Assembly: GCA_947053545.1 (NCBI GenBank)
Contig: CAMRSY010000004.1
Location: forward strand, 9,006-73,005
Direction of reading: 5' to 3'
DNA: 64,000 nt
From: an uncultured Clostridia bacterium
GTDB lineage: Bacteria; Bacillota; Clostridia; Christensenellales; Borkfalkiaceae
Positions within the stretch are counted from its first letter, which is position 1. The number at the start of each line of letters is the position of its first letter. The position numbers and the translations under genes were made by a program. Below, in pieces: positions 1 through 8,172 of the stretch. Under the pieces are notes generated by a model. The model saw only the letters and a list, made by a program, of their open reading frames with translations, made no database searches and was not told the origin of the DNA.

Positions 1-95
1 ACTGCGGGTGTATGTTCGCTAATTTGGATAAATTTACTGTTAAGTCGTTTTTTCAGAAATAGGTCTAATTGCTCTGTAAAATTCATAAAACATCC

Positions 96-278
96 TTAAA
101 CAATTTTGATAGCACAAGAAAAGTCTACGTCGGTGCCGCTCGGTATATCGGCATTGGTATCCGGCTGAGCGCCGAAGATGCCTTCAATGTAATCAGAAGG
201 CACTACGCCCGTGGGAACGACAAGCTCTACTTCGGCCGCCGCCTCGTTTCTCATATCTTCTTCCGTTATTCTGTTCAT
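96..278 (-). CDS. hypothetical small acidic protein (60 aa)
   Basis: ORF track. GGAG-type RBS (aaaaGGAGattgaagatATG) lies upstream on the minus strand. No recognisable domain. Confidence 0.35.
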   Translation of the reverse strand: MNRITEEDMRNEAAAEVELVVPTGVVPSDYIEGIFGAQPDTNADIPSGTDVDFSCAIKIV

Positions 279-421
279 ATCTTCAATCTCCTTTTCTATT
301 TACCTGGAAGGGCGGGACAACCTGCGGTTTTCCCGAACTCTTTCCCTTTTGAAAACACAAGAAAAAATATGTTCCATGTCCGCCCCCTCATTGCATTGCC
401 TCTGCATAAACAGCCGCAAAC

Positions 422-477
422 GCATAATTATGCAATGTTTCACAGCCGCTAAGCTTTGCGAGCTAAGAATGTTTCAC
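422..477. repeat. 12-bp palindrome GCATAATTATGC followed by mirrored direct repeats AATGTTTCAC-N4-GCTAAG-N8-GCTAAG-AATGTTTCAC
   Basis: Read directly: palindrome 422-433, AATGTTTCAC at 434-443 and 468-477, GCTAAG at 448-453 and 462-467. The region has no convincing CDS. Confidence 0.5.
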
Positions 478-566
478 GCTCGTTACCCTGCGCGGGCACA
501 CACGGATTATATTCTTTTCTGTGATTTCCTACTAATCTCTTACTCTCTTATTCTCTATGGTGACAT

Positions 567-637
567 TGTTCTCTGTTCTGTTCCTAAAACGACTATATTT
601 TTAGGAACATTTCGGGAACAATGTTCCTATTGTGTTC
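567..637. repeat. Iteron-like cluster of TGTTC/GAACA pentamers with two inverted repeats (candidate replication origin)
   Basis: TGTTC at 567, 574, 579, 622 and 633; GAACA at 605 and 616. Inverted repeat GTTCCTAAAA (580-589)/TTTTAGGAAC (599-608). Palindrome GGAACA-A-TGTTCC at 615-627, immediately 3' of the replisome-organizer-like gene. Confidence 0.45.
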
Positions 638-1073
638 CCGCATTATTGCTAATCGACAATTGCCCACTCCGTTGCAAACGCATACGCGCAGCTGCACCAG
701 TTTCAGAACCGACAAGCGCCGGCACATCGGGCATAGCAAATGTTGTCTGCCCTCGAACCTCTACCGTCGTAATTAAACCCAATGTCAAGAATTGATTAAC
801 TGCGCACTCCACTTCCGAAGGCTCATAATATTTACACTCAACTTTTATATCGTCTATCGTCCACGGGATTATTGCTCCATTAGCCTCGTAATAAAGCAAT
901 CCATTTTTATTAACGCTTTCCAAACAAAGCATTAAGTAAATACATACATATTTACTACCGTCAGCTTGACGTAATAGCAATTGAATTGCATCTGTCCCCT
1001 CGCTATCCTTACGTTTAAAAAAATCATTTTTTAGCTTTAACCAATAAAAACGCTTATTATCGTCTTTCGCCAT
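627..1073 (-). CDS. phage replisome organizer N-terminal domain-like replication protein
   Basis: N-terminus MAKDDNKRFYWLKLKNDFFKRKD...YVCIYLMLCLES resembles the Phage_rep_org_N pattern (yfWlKLk.dFF...). GGGAG RBS. Adjacent to ssb. Confidence 0.55.
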   Translation of the reverse strand: MAKDDNKRFYWLKLKNDFFKRKDSEGTDAIQLLLRQADGSKYVCIYLMLCLESVNKNGLLYYEANGAIIPWTIDDIKVECKYYEPSEVECAVNQFLTLGLITTVEVRGQTTFAMPDVPALVGSETGAAARMRLQRSGQLSISNNAGTQ

Positions 1074-1087
1074 ATTTGCTCCCTTTT

Positions 1088-1136
1088 GTCAGTACAAAAT
1101 GTAATTACAAAATGTCAGCACAAAAAATGTACTGAC
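1088..1136. promoter_or_regulatory. Element operator motif, site 1 (half-site GTCAGTAC 1088-1095 plus IR GTCAGCAC-N7-GTACTGAC 1114-1136)
   Basis: Read directly. Located just upstream of the replisome-organizer-like gene start (1073, minus strand). Confidence 0.5.
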
Positions 1137-1143
1137 ATTTTTG

Positions 1144-1566
1144 TTAAAATGGTATATCGCTGTCGTCGTCGAACGACTGCAATGCAGGCTTTCTCGTACC
1201 CCTGTTGCCGGATGACGATGCGGGCGCTTCCTGCTCGCTTCCGTCGAAGCCGCGGGGAGATAAAAACTCCACGTCCTGCGCTATAATATCCACAGCCGTG
1301 CGCTTAACGCCCTGACCGTCCTCGTAGTTGCGCAGTTCAATCGAACCCGAAACGGCTACTTTGTTGCCCTTTTTGGCATAGCGGGATACGGTTTCACCAA
1401 GACCGCGCCAAGAGGTTACGTTGAAAAAGTCCGTCTTTCTTTCGCCGTCGGAGCCGGAATAATTCCTGTTTACGGCTATTGCAAAGCGGCAAATGGATAC
1501 GCCGCTCGCCGTTTCCGTAAGCTCGGGGTCGCGCGTTAAGTTTCCAATTAAGAATACTTTGTTCAT
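1144..1566 (-). CDS. ssb: single-stranded DNA-binding protein
   Basis: OB-fold SSB N-terminus (MNKVFLIGNLTRDPEL), Gly/Ser-rich linker, acidic C-terminal tip DDDSDIPF. Confidence 0.9.
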   Translation of the reverse strand: MNKVFLIGNLTRDPELTETASGVSICRFAIAVNRNYSGSDGERKTDFFNVTSWRGLGETVSRYAKKGNKVAVSGSIELRNYEDGQGVKRTAVDIIAQDVEFLSPRGFDGSEQEAPASSSGNRGTRKPALQSFDDDSDIPF

Positions 1567-1593
1567 AATTTTTCTCCGTGATGTTTATTTTTT

Positions 1594-1614
1594 TTCAGTA
1601 CAAAACGTACAGAC
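1594..1614. promoter_or_regulatory. Element operator motif, site 2 (tTCAGTAC-N5-GTACaGAC)
   Basis: Read directly. Between the ssb start (1566) and the stop of the upstream gene (1615). Confidence 0.45.
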
Positions 1615-2250
1615 TTAAATATCCTTAGCGTATTTTGTCAGCCACTGTATAACGTAGGTGAAGCTGTCACCCTGCGAATTAAATGCCGCGTGTTCATTAT
1701 CGATAATCGAATAGGATATTCTTTCTCGTGGTTTTCCGGCTTTGGGTTCGCAATATGATTCGTAATATTCGATGCCAACTTCCACAATAACAGCGCAACC
1801 GTTTACAAAATCAAATCTGTAAAACTTCTTGCTTACGTCTGAAACATCGAGCCAAACACCCCACAAGCGAAAGTTGTTCAACCATTCCTCGCGCTGTTCT
1901 TTATTACGCAAACTAAGCTTATAGCTCGGTGGCGTAGCTTCGGGACGGCTTGAAACCAGGCCGCTTTCATTTGTACTGACATTCTGTACTGACAAATTTG
2001 CAACGGCCGCATATTCAAACAAGCCGCCGATTCTAACGCTTTCTTCGATATGCGCTCTAATTGCCTTTGAGACGTCAGTCTTGTTTTTCTCGCAGATTTC
2101 TTGGAATAACAAATATATATCTTCGTTTATTCTAAGTTGTAATTGAGTTGTCTTTTTTGATGTAGTCGGAACCACAGCCGTTAAAACGCTTGTCGCCGTT
2201 CCGTTCCGTCGCGGGGTAAAACCTGCAAGCCCCGTATTGCCTAAGCTCAT
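1615..2250 (-). CDS. hypothetical protein with putative ribbon-helix-helix (CopG/ParG-like) segment; candidate partition adaptor
   Basis: Segment TTQLQLRINEDIYLLFQEICEKNKTDVSKAIRAHIEESV has an RHH-like pattern. Its start overlaps the ParA stop (ATGA at 2247-2250). Confidence 0.45.
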   Translation of the reverse strand: MSLGNTGLAGFTPRRNGTATSVLTAVVPTTSKKTTQLQLRINEDIYLLFQEICEKNKTDVSKAIRAHIEESVRIGGLFEYAAVANLSVQNVSTNESGLVSSRPEATPPSYKLSLRNKEQREEWLNNFRLWGVWLDVSDVSKKFYRFDFVNGCAVIVEVGIEYYESYCEPKAGKPRERISYSIIDNEHAAFNSQGDSFTYVIQWLTKYAKDI

Positions 2251-3041
2251 AACATTCCCTCCAACGTTTCAAGGACGGAACGGGAGAGTTGCTCGTAATC
2301 TTTTGCAACATTGCTGTCGGGAGCATAACAGCTTAAACTCTTGCCGTGTGACGGTGCATCTGCGCAGGCGACTGCAAGCCTTATGGCGGGGCGGAATACA
2401 CGGCATCCCTGTTCATCGGCAAACGTGCTTATCGACGCAATTGACTCTTCTACGGACTTAACGTTCTTCCGAGCCATTGTTATTACAAACCCGAGAACGC
2501 GCAAATCAGGTTGAAACTCTTTCATTTCCTCAACGTTATCAAAGAGTTGCATAATGCCCTTATGCGAGTTAAATTCGGGTTTAAACGGTACGAGAACGTT
2601 TTCGCTTGCAAAAAGCACGTTCATTGTCAAAATCGAGAATGATGGGTTGCTATCGATTATTACGTAATCATAGTTTTCTTTCTGTGCTATCTTATTGATT
2701 GCGCGGCGTAAGAAACGTTCGCGCCCAGGACGCGATGACAGCAACATATTTGCCTTCTCAAGCCCGATGTTCGACATAACGACGTGTAGATTCCCGTTAT
2801 AAACATCGATGTTGTAATCTATCGGCGTCGCTTCGATACTCTTTTCTAAACTCAGAAATTTAAGCGCCTGGGGATTATCCGGGTCATCGGCTAGACCGAG
2901 CGACGTCGTAAGACTACCTTGCGGGTCGAAATCGACAAGCAAAGTCTTTTTATCGTGACGAGCGAAATAATCAGCCAGAGCAATTGCCGTGGTCGTTTTC
3001 GCCACGCCGCCTTTCTGATTGACAAGTGAAATCACTTTCAT
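2247..3041 (-). CDS. parA: ParA/Soj-family partition ATPase
   Basis: Deviant Walker A in MKVISLVNQKGGVAKTT. Start placed at the internal ATG (3041), which overlaps the stop of the upstream ORF; the ORF-track N-terminal extension to 3104 is unlikely. Confidence 0.85.
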   Translation of the reverse strand: MKVISLVNQKGGVAKTTTAIALADYFARHDKKTLLVDFDPQGSLTTSLGLADDPDNPQALKFLSLEKSIEATPIDYNIDVYNGNLHVVMSNIGLEKANMLLSSRPGRERFLRRAINKIAQKENYDYVIIDSNPSFSILTMNVLFASENVLVPFKPEFNSHKGIMQLFDNVEEMKEFQPDLRVLGFVITMARKNVKSVEESIASISTFADEQGCRVFRPAIRLAVACADAPSHGKSLSCYAPDSNVAKDYEQLSRSVLETLEGML

Positions 3042-3298
3042 TTCGTTACCTCGGAAAGCGCATTTCTCAGTTCCAACGGCGTCGAACACGGCACTGCAGT
3101 GCATCTAACAACGCGTTGTGAGCAACTGTCGGTGTAACCGAACCCGCGCAAGGCTTGACTTTTTGTTAATGTTTCAAAGCCATATTCGTTCACGGCAGTA
3201 TCTCTACTGCCTTTGTTGTTAAAGGCATAACATTTGCCTTTAAACTTCGCATAGTAATTTTTCATAGCTGTACACCCTTTTTCCATACTGCCACCCAT
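3038..3298 (-). CDS. hypothetical protein (up to 86 aa; start uncertain)
   Basis: ORF track. Translationally coupled to parA (ATGA overlap). No domain recognised. Confidence 0.4.
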   Translation of the reverse strand: MGGSMEKGCTAMKNYYAKFKGKCYAFNNKGSRDTAVNEYGFETLTKSQALRGFGYTDSCSQRVVRCTAVPCSTPLELRNALSEVTK

Positions 3299-3343
3299 AA
3301 CCCCGCACGACCTCTCAGTCGCACAGGGAGCTGGGTGTCAGCC

Positions 3344-3377
3344 TGGTACCGATTGGGGAGTCGAACCCCGATTTACC
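3344..3377 (-). other. tRNA-like 3' fragment (T-arm GGGG-TTCGACT-CCCC plus acceptor-like AATCGGT-A-CCA)
   Basis: Minus strand reads GGTAAATCGGGGTTCGACTCCCCAATCGGTACCA. No matching 5' acceptor, D-arm or anticodon arm upstream, so this is not a complete tRNA. Confidence 0.4.
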
Positions 3378-3393
3378 AATTTCGGCATAATTT

Positions 3394-3441
3394 GTCAGTA
3401 CAAATTTGTAATTACAAAATGTGATGACATTTTGTAATTAC
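3394..3441. promoter_or_regulatory. Element operator motif, site 3 (half-site GTCAGTAC 3394-3401) plus perfect 15-bp IR GTAATTACAAAATGT-N4-ACATTTTGTAATTAC (3408-3441)
   Basis: Read directly. Upstream of the 3298/parA transcription unit. Confidence 0.5.
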
Positions 3442-3479
3442 GTTTTTCTTTTGTGCCTTCCGTATTACTTATGTACTTC

Positions 3480-3794
3480 TTATTTTACGACTTCTCTGAA
3501 GAACACCAGCAAGCACGGACGTACGTTACGCCCGTTTTTTTCCAAGCAATTCTCCATATAGCAACTTGCATAAATGCAGAAGTCTTTTACACTCGCCATC
3601 TCTTCTTCGGTAACCGGTTTTCCCGCACGTTCGCATCCACGCGGGGTCAACCACCCTGATTTGTGAGCTTGTCCCAATGTTCCGCGGCAAATTCCGCCAC
3701 GTTCAAGCCATTCTTCCTTGCTCATTACCAAATTGCCTGCCATTCTCAATTCTTTCGCTTCTGTACGGTGTCTGATGGTTGTTTCAGCCCTCAT
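3480..3794 (-). CDS. hypothetical protein (104 aa)
   Basis: ORF track only. No motif recognised. Confidence 0.4.
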   Translation of the reverse strand: MRAETTIRHRTEAKELRMAGNLVMSKEEWLERGGICRGTLGQAHKSGWLTPRGCERAGKPVTEEEMASVKDFCIYASCYMENCLEKNGRNVRPCLLVFFREVVK

Positions 3795-3806
3795 ATAATT
3801 CTCCTC

Positions 3807-3827
3807 GTCAATACGTTTTGTACTGAC
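3807..3827. promoter_or_regulatory. Element operator motif, site 4 (GTCAaTAC-N5-GTACTGAC)
   Basis: Read directly. Immediately upstream of the 3794 start (minus strand). Confidence 0.45.
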
Positions 3828-3854
3828 ATTTTTGTTATTACATAAAAACTATTA

Positions 3855-4787
3855 TTATCTTGCAGCTCCCGCGGCCGAACCGTTTGCACGTTGGTTTGTT
3901 CTCGTTCTTGCCGTCATCTCCGACATAAACGTCTGACTGTTTTTTATTGCGCCGTTCACCATTTCGGTCAAATGCTCGGGGCCTTTCGATGCATCGTATA
4001 TTTTTGAACTCTTATAAATGCGTTGCATTTGTTCGGCATCTGAATTGGTAAAGAAATCTAAAATAGCCATCAGGTCTTTTTCAGACTTTTCGCTATTGCC
4101 CGAAGCTCCCGAGTAAAGGTTTTTAAACAAATTACCCTGTGCAGACTTACGGATGGTAGTAAGCAACGCCGAGTCTTTACTCTGTAAACCGCTCTTGTTT
4201 TGCTTAGGTTGTTTACGTTTAACGCCGTCTTTTTTTTCTTCGTGCTTTTCTTCAACTTTGGGCACCGCTCTTTTTATGAGCTGCATCTGCGAAGTTTTAC
4301 GGTCGCCGTTGAATTTATACTTGAACTTGCAAGTGTACACGTTGCCTTCGGCATCAGTGTAACGTCCGTTTAGCATACGACCGTTCTTAAATTGTCCTTC
4401 GAAGGAGCTGCCGTCAGTCCAGGTGTATTTGCCGCTACCCTGATATTTGTTGGTTTTGAAGTCACCCTCGTAAACGTCCCCAGTTGCGACCGTGTATTTA
4501 CCCTTGCCTGCAAGCTTACCGCGACAGAAATTACCCTCATACTGCCCACCTTCTTTCCATGTGTATTTACCTTGTCCGTGATACTTATGCAGGCGTAACA
4601 TTCCTTCGAAAATATCACCCTCGTAGTAGCTGATTTTTAAGCGCGATTTATCGCGCCGACCATTCGCTTTAAGCGAGTACTCGTAAATGCCATCCAGCTT
4701 ATATTGCTCTATGCGGTTGGCGTTCTCCGGTGAGAGAAGTTCTCCCGGCTCGCCCATCTGTCCAGGTTCAATTAAATATGCCGCCAT
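3855..4787 (-). CDS. MORN-repeat protein with Lys-rich linker and unknown C-terminal domain
   Basis: At least five tandem MORN-like units (YEGDIFEGMLRLHKYHGQGKYTW, YEGNFCRGKLAGKGKYT, YEGDFKTNKYQGSGKYTW, FEGQFKNGRMLNGRYT). Confidence 0.7.
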   Translation of the reverse strand: MAAYLIEPGQMGEPGELLSPENANRIEQYKLDGIYEYSLKANGRRDKSRLKISYYEGDIFEGMLRLHKYHGQGKYTWKEGGQYEGNFCRGKLAGKGKYTVATGDVYEGDFKTNKYQGSGKYTWTDGSSFEGQFKNGRMLNGRYTDAEGNVYTCKFKYKFNGDRKTSQMQLIKRAVPKVEEKHEEKKDGVKRKQPKQNKSGLQSKDSALLTTIRKSAQGNLFKNLYSGASGNSEKSEKDLMAILDFFTNSDAEQMQRIYKSSKIYDASKGPEHLTEMVNGAIKNSQTFMSEMTARTRTNQRANGSAAGAAR

Positions 4788-4820
4788 TTATTATTCCTCC
4801 AAAAATTTTTTGATTCAATT

Positions 4821-5159
4821 TTACGCTTGCGTACTATTTGGAACATAGCCAGGAAACAAATCGTTGTAAACGGAATATACAACCGTTTCAACGGTGTGAT
4901 TATTATTCTCACTCAAACGCTTAATAGTCCACTCTAAATGCACTTGCACAGCCTTTTTAAACGCTTCTTCAATGCGGGAAAGATAGTCCACATTTTCGTG
5001 GTGTGAAATTATTTTCTCTATATAACATAAAGTTCGAAGTTCTTCCCGACATTGAAAAAAATTTGCTACCACAAACGAAAACATAGCATAGTAGTTTCTT
5101 TCATCTTCAAGAAACTTTAACCTGCTTTGCAACCGTTCTAACCGTTCAGTTTCTGTCAT
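4821..5159 (-). CDS. hypothetical protein (112 aa)
   Basis: ORF track. Stop/start overlap with the upstream ORF (5156-5159). Confidence 0.45.
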   Translation of the reverse strand: MTETERLERLQSRLKFLEDERNYYAMFSFVVANFFQCREELRTLCYIEKIISHHENVDYLSRIEEAFKKAVQVHLEWTIKRLSENNNHTVETVVYSVYNDLFPGYVPNSTQA

Positions 5160-5398
5160 AAATATTTGTCCTCGATAGCCTTCGATAACTTTAAAATTTT
5201 TAAAAGTTTTGCTTTATCCTTCACTATCCACTTATCGTCCCAATCGAAAGTGGTATTGATTTTACTTTCATAGATAGCATCTTCAAGCAAACCAGAAATA
5301 TCACGTAGGGTATCTCTTAATTCTTCGTGTTCATTAAGGATATTCATTGGGATATTCAAAATCTTTACCGGCACCACCAAAATAGGGAAATATGTCAA
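5156..5398 (-). CDS. hypothetical protein (start possibly at internal ATG 5347)
   Basis: ORF track. Part of a tightly packed minus-strand block. Confidence 0.4.
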   Translation of the reverse strand: MTYFPILVVPVKILNIPMNILNEHEELRDTLRDISGLLEDAIYESKINTTFDWDDKWIVKDKAKLLKILKLSKAIEDKYL

Positions 5399-5555
5399 TC
5401 ATAACTGCACCGCTCTTGAATATATAGCCGTCGCCATAAAAAACACGGCGTCTTGTAGGGTCGACATCCTCGACTATCTTCACAGCTCTGCCGAAAAATT
5501 TAACGGCTATTTCCTTTGCCAAAGATTTGGAAACTTTTTTTAACTGATTTTTCAT
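5334..5555 (-). CDS. hypothetical protein (start placed at MKNQLKK)
   Basis: ORF track. The ATG at 5555 follows the stop of the small upstream ORF by 1 nt. Confidence 0.4.
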   Translation of the reverse strand: MKNQLKKVSKSLAKEIAVKFFGRAVKIVEDVDPTRRRVFYGDGYIFKSGAVMIDIFPYFGGAGKDFEYPNEYP

Positions 5556-5556
5556 T

Positions 5557-5721
5557 CTATTTCTCCACTTTCTGCCCGAACGAATTCTTCTGTTCCTGCT
5601 CAATCCTTTCCATTACGCGCGACACTACATTTGGCATATTTGCCATAAGCTTTTTATCAATTTCCTTTGCTGCTTTACGTAACTTCCTTTCCACCGCCTT
5701 ATACGCCCATAATCGTTTCAT
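5557..5721 (-). CDS. hypothetical small basic protein (54 aa; below the ORF-track size cutoff)
   Basis: Hand translation: MKRLWAYKAVERKLRKAAKEIDKKLMANMPNVVSRVMERIEQEQKNSFGQKVEK*. AAGGA RBS about 12 nt upstream. Confidence 0.3.
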   Translation of the reverse strand: MKRLWAYKAVERKLRKAAKEIDKKLMANMPNVVSRVMERIEQEQKNSFGQKVEK

Positions 5722-5763
5722 TTAAACTTAATCCTTACTTTTCACTAAATGTAAATACAGATT

Positions 5764-5785
5764 TATCAGTACAAAAACGTACTAA
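5764..5785. promoter_or_regulatory. Element operator motif, site 5 (aTCAGTAC-N6-GTACTaAC)
   Basis: Read directly. Between the 5721 start and the stop of the XRE gene (5791). Confidence 0.45.
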
Positions 5786-5790
5786 CATTA

Positions 5791-5973
5791 TTAAACAACT
5801 AACTCATCCAAGGTACAGTTGAATATTTTGCAATATTTTTGCAAAATTTCAATCGTTATTTTGCGTTTACCATTTTCGTAATAACTAATTGTACTCTCAT
5901 CACAGCCAAACTCTTTTGCTAACTGTTTTTGAGTGTAGTTATGTTTTAATCGCATTTCCTTTAACAACGCCAT
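5791..5973 (-). CDS. XRE-family helix-turn-helix regulator (Cro-like, 60 aa)
   Basis: HTH_3 pattern: LKEMRLKHNYTQKQLAKEFGCDESTISYYENGKR. Confidence 0.8.
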   Translation of the reverse strand: MALLKEMRLKHNYTQKQLAKEFGCDESTISYYENGKRKITIEILQKYCKIFNCTLDELVV

Positions 5974-5988
5974 ACTTAACCTTACTGT

Positions 5989-6011
5989 GTCAGTACAAAA
6001 AATGTACTGAC
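5989..6011. promoter_or_regulatory. Element operator motif, site 6 (perfect GTCAGTAC-N7-GTACTGAC) in the divergent XRE/XRE intergenic region
   Basis: Read directly. Confidence 0.55.
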
Positions 6012-6132
6012 ATTTTTGTGGTGTGATTTTTATTTAAACTATTTTTGTGGTTTTTTTAATTATAAATCCATCTTGATAGTTTGTCAAGTCAATAAACCAC
6101 AAAAGTAATACAATTTTTATAAGGAGGATTTT

Positions 6133-6507
6133 ATGAACTTTGCTGAAAATCTTAAAGACATTAGAACCGCCAAAGGAATAACGCAAAAACAATTAGCCAA
6201 AGCTTGCAACCTATCACCACAATGTATTTCGGCTCTTGAAACTGGACGAAACAAGCCAACAGCGTCATCATTAGCAATTATTGCTAATGCACTTCAAGTA
6301 GATTTGACCGAACTACTTGAACCTAGTGAGCAAATATTTACAGATGAAGAACAAGCTTTAGGAATGCGAGCAACAAAGAAAGTAACCATTAACCCCGACG
6401 AAGATGAATTGCTTTACTACTTCCGCGAGCTCGGCAAACTTTATGGCAAAGAAATGCAAAAAGTTCAACTTACTAATATGAAGAATTTAATCGAGGTGAA
6501 AAAATGA
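6133..6507 (+). CDS. XRE-family helix-turn-helix regulator (cI-like, 124 aa)
   Basis: HTH_3 pattern: LKDIRTAKGITQKQLAKACNLSPQCISALETGRNKP. AGGAGG RBS. Divergent from the 60-aa XRE gene. Confidence 0.8.
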   Translation: MNFAENLKDIRTAKGITQKQLAKACNLSPQCISALETGRNKPTASSLAIIANALQVDLTELLEPSEQIFTDEEQALGMRATKKVTINPDEDELLYYFRELGKLYGKEMQKVQLTNMKNLIEVKK

Positions 6508-6716
6508 ATACTTTATTTACTATTTACAGCATTCTTGCAGTTTTATCACTAATAGGGCTTACCTTAATTCGAATAAGTGCACATAGTAGTAATATCTTAG
6601 GAGAATTTTATGATAACCATACAATTACTTTAGACGGATTGTCTTACGCTTTCCTAATCAACAGTTTAGGTATGGGGCTTACTTCAATTCTTTATTGGTC
6701 TGTAATTTTAGTTTAA
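6504..6716 (+). CDS. small two-TM membrane protein (70 aa)
   Basis: Two hydrophobic spans. ATGA overlap with the preceding XRE gene. Confidence 0.5.
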   Translation: MNTLFTIYSILAVLSLIGLTLIRISAHSSNILGEFYDNHTITLDGLSYAFLINSLGMGLTSILYWSVILV

Positions 6717-6757
6717 AATATTCATTCTTTTCTGTGTTCTCGCATAATGGCAAAAAT

Positions 6758-6778
6758 GTCAGTGCAAAACGTACTGAC
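6758..6778. promoter_or_regulatory. Element operator motif, site 7 (GTCAGTgC-N5-GTACTGAC) upstream of the integrase
   Basis: Read directly. Confidence 0.5.
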
Positions 6779-6850
6779 AAATTTGTAAAATTGACATATC
6801 CTAAACGTCCACCCATTTAAAGGTGAATACATTTAGGAGGGTTCACAGAG

Positions 6851-8098
6851 ATGAACACAGCAGAAAAAATGCTCTTTCTCAACTCGCAACTTATGCTACT
6901 GAGCTTAGATAAAGAGCATAACGCAAAGGAAATCATTAAGGTTTCTGAAGAACTCGCCGCCTTACAGCGGCAAATGATGGAAAAGGCTAACGCCGCACCC
7001 CCAGACAATGAAGAAATAAGCGGCTTTTTAGAATTTACCGAAAAGGAGATTTTAAAAATGCCAAAAGCATTCAGAAAAAAATTTAGGATACAAGGTTGCA
7101 CCGTCAGTGCACGAAAAAGAACAACAGGACGTTACAATTGCTCCTATGAGTTACGTTATGCAAAAAAACCATATGACAAGCACCCTATATCCGCGAGCGG
7201 TCGAACGATACCTGAAGTAAAAGCTCGATTTATTGAAAAGCTGAATAACTACATACCTCAAGACATTGCATCGCCAACACCATCTAAAAACTTCCACGAG
7301 TTTGCAATGTTTTGGTTTGAAGACTTCCACGCAGCTAAAGTAGGCAATAAAACTTATAAAAATGACTACAGTCTTTATTGCAGACATATCAAAACAAGGT
7401 TTGAAAAGTATCAACTTGACACTATTACACCTATAGCACTTAAAAGCTTTTTAGCTGAACTACCCGGGAACGGAAAAACCGCAGACGATGCACGTAGTAT
7501 ATTGAATCAAATATTTGAAACAGCCATAGTACTTGGAAAATTAAAACAAAATCCACTTAATTTTTTTGTGCATATCTCGCACGAACGTGAAAATGGTATT
7601 GAACTCACACGAGATGAAGAAATTGCACTTTTAACGGCAAGCAATGGCACCGTATATAAAATAATATATGCTGTTATTCTTTTCTGTGGCTTAAGAATTA
7701 ACGAGTATAAAACAGCCCGTATTGATGGTGACTTTATTACTGCTCAAAACAGCAAGCGCAAAAACGGAAAGTATGACGAAAAGAAAATTCCAATATGCTC
7801 TCATCTGCGAAATATTATTAGCGAGTACACAGAACTGCCGAAACGTCATGAGGCAAGCATACGCAAACATTACAAAGCCATTTTACCTATTCACACAATT
7901 AAGGACCTACGCAGAACCTTCAGCACGCGTTGCGTGAACTGCCACGTAGAATTTTATGCGCGCGAGAAATTTTTAGGTCATTCAGTCGGAAAACTTGATA
8001 AGCCTTATGTCGGAAATATAGATGAATACTTACTTGCCGAAGGCAAGAAATTGGATAATTGGTACTCTGTACCCCAAAATTACCCCAAAAAAATCTAA
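6851..8098 (+). CDS. int: tyrosine recombinase/integrase
   Basis: C-terminal catalytic-domain patterns (GLRINE, IKDLRRTFSTR in the place of HxLRHT, LGHS...Y). Position next to a tRNA 3' end. Confidence 0.85.
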   Translation: MNTAEKMLFLNSQLMLLSLDKEHNAKEIIKVSEELAALQRQMMEKANAAPPDNEEISGFLEFTEKEILKMPKAFRKKFRIQGCTVSARKRTTGRYNCSYELRYAKKPYDKHPISASGRTIPEVKARFIEKLNNYIPQDIASPTPSKNFHEFAMFWFEDFHAAKVGNKTYKNDYSLYCRHIKTRFEKYQLDTITPIALKSFLAELPGNGKTADDARSILNQIFETAIVLGKLKQNPLNFFVHISHERENGIELTRDEEIALLTASNGTVYKIIYAVILFCGLRINEYKTARIDGDFITAQNSKRKNGKYDEKKIPICSHLRNIISEYTELPKRHEASIRKHYKAILPIHTIKDLRRTFSTRCVNCHVEFYAREKFLGHSVGKLDKPYVGNIDEYLLAEGKKLDNWYSVPQNYPKKI

Positions 8099-8134
8099 TT
8101 TCTAAGTAATTTCTCTCAAAAAAAGGCATCAAAA

Positions 8135-8172
8135 AAGCCCTCTTTAGGGTTAAAATTACCTAAATGAGGGCT
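8135..8172 (-). terminator. Hairpin plus T-run following tRNA-Leu (also closes the integrase gene from the other side)
   Basis: Minus strand: AGCCCTCATTTAGG...CCTAAAGAGGGCT followed by TTTTTT. Confidence 0.5.

Noticed and set aside
69-795. Plus-strand ORFs 69-452 and 211-795 at the left edge
   Set aside because: They are mutually overlapping, have low-complexity/odd composition and no RBS. They run antisense to the better-supported 96-278 and 627-1073 genes and cross the repeat-rich putative origin, so they are most likely non-coding.
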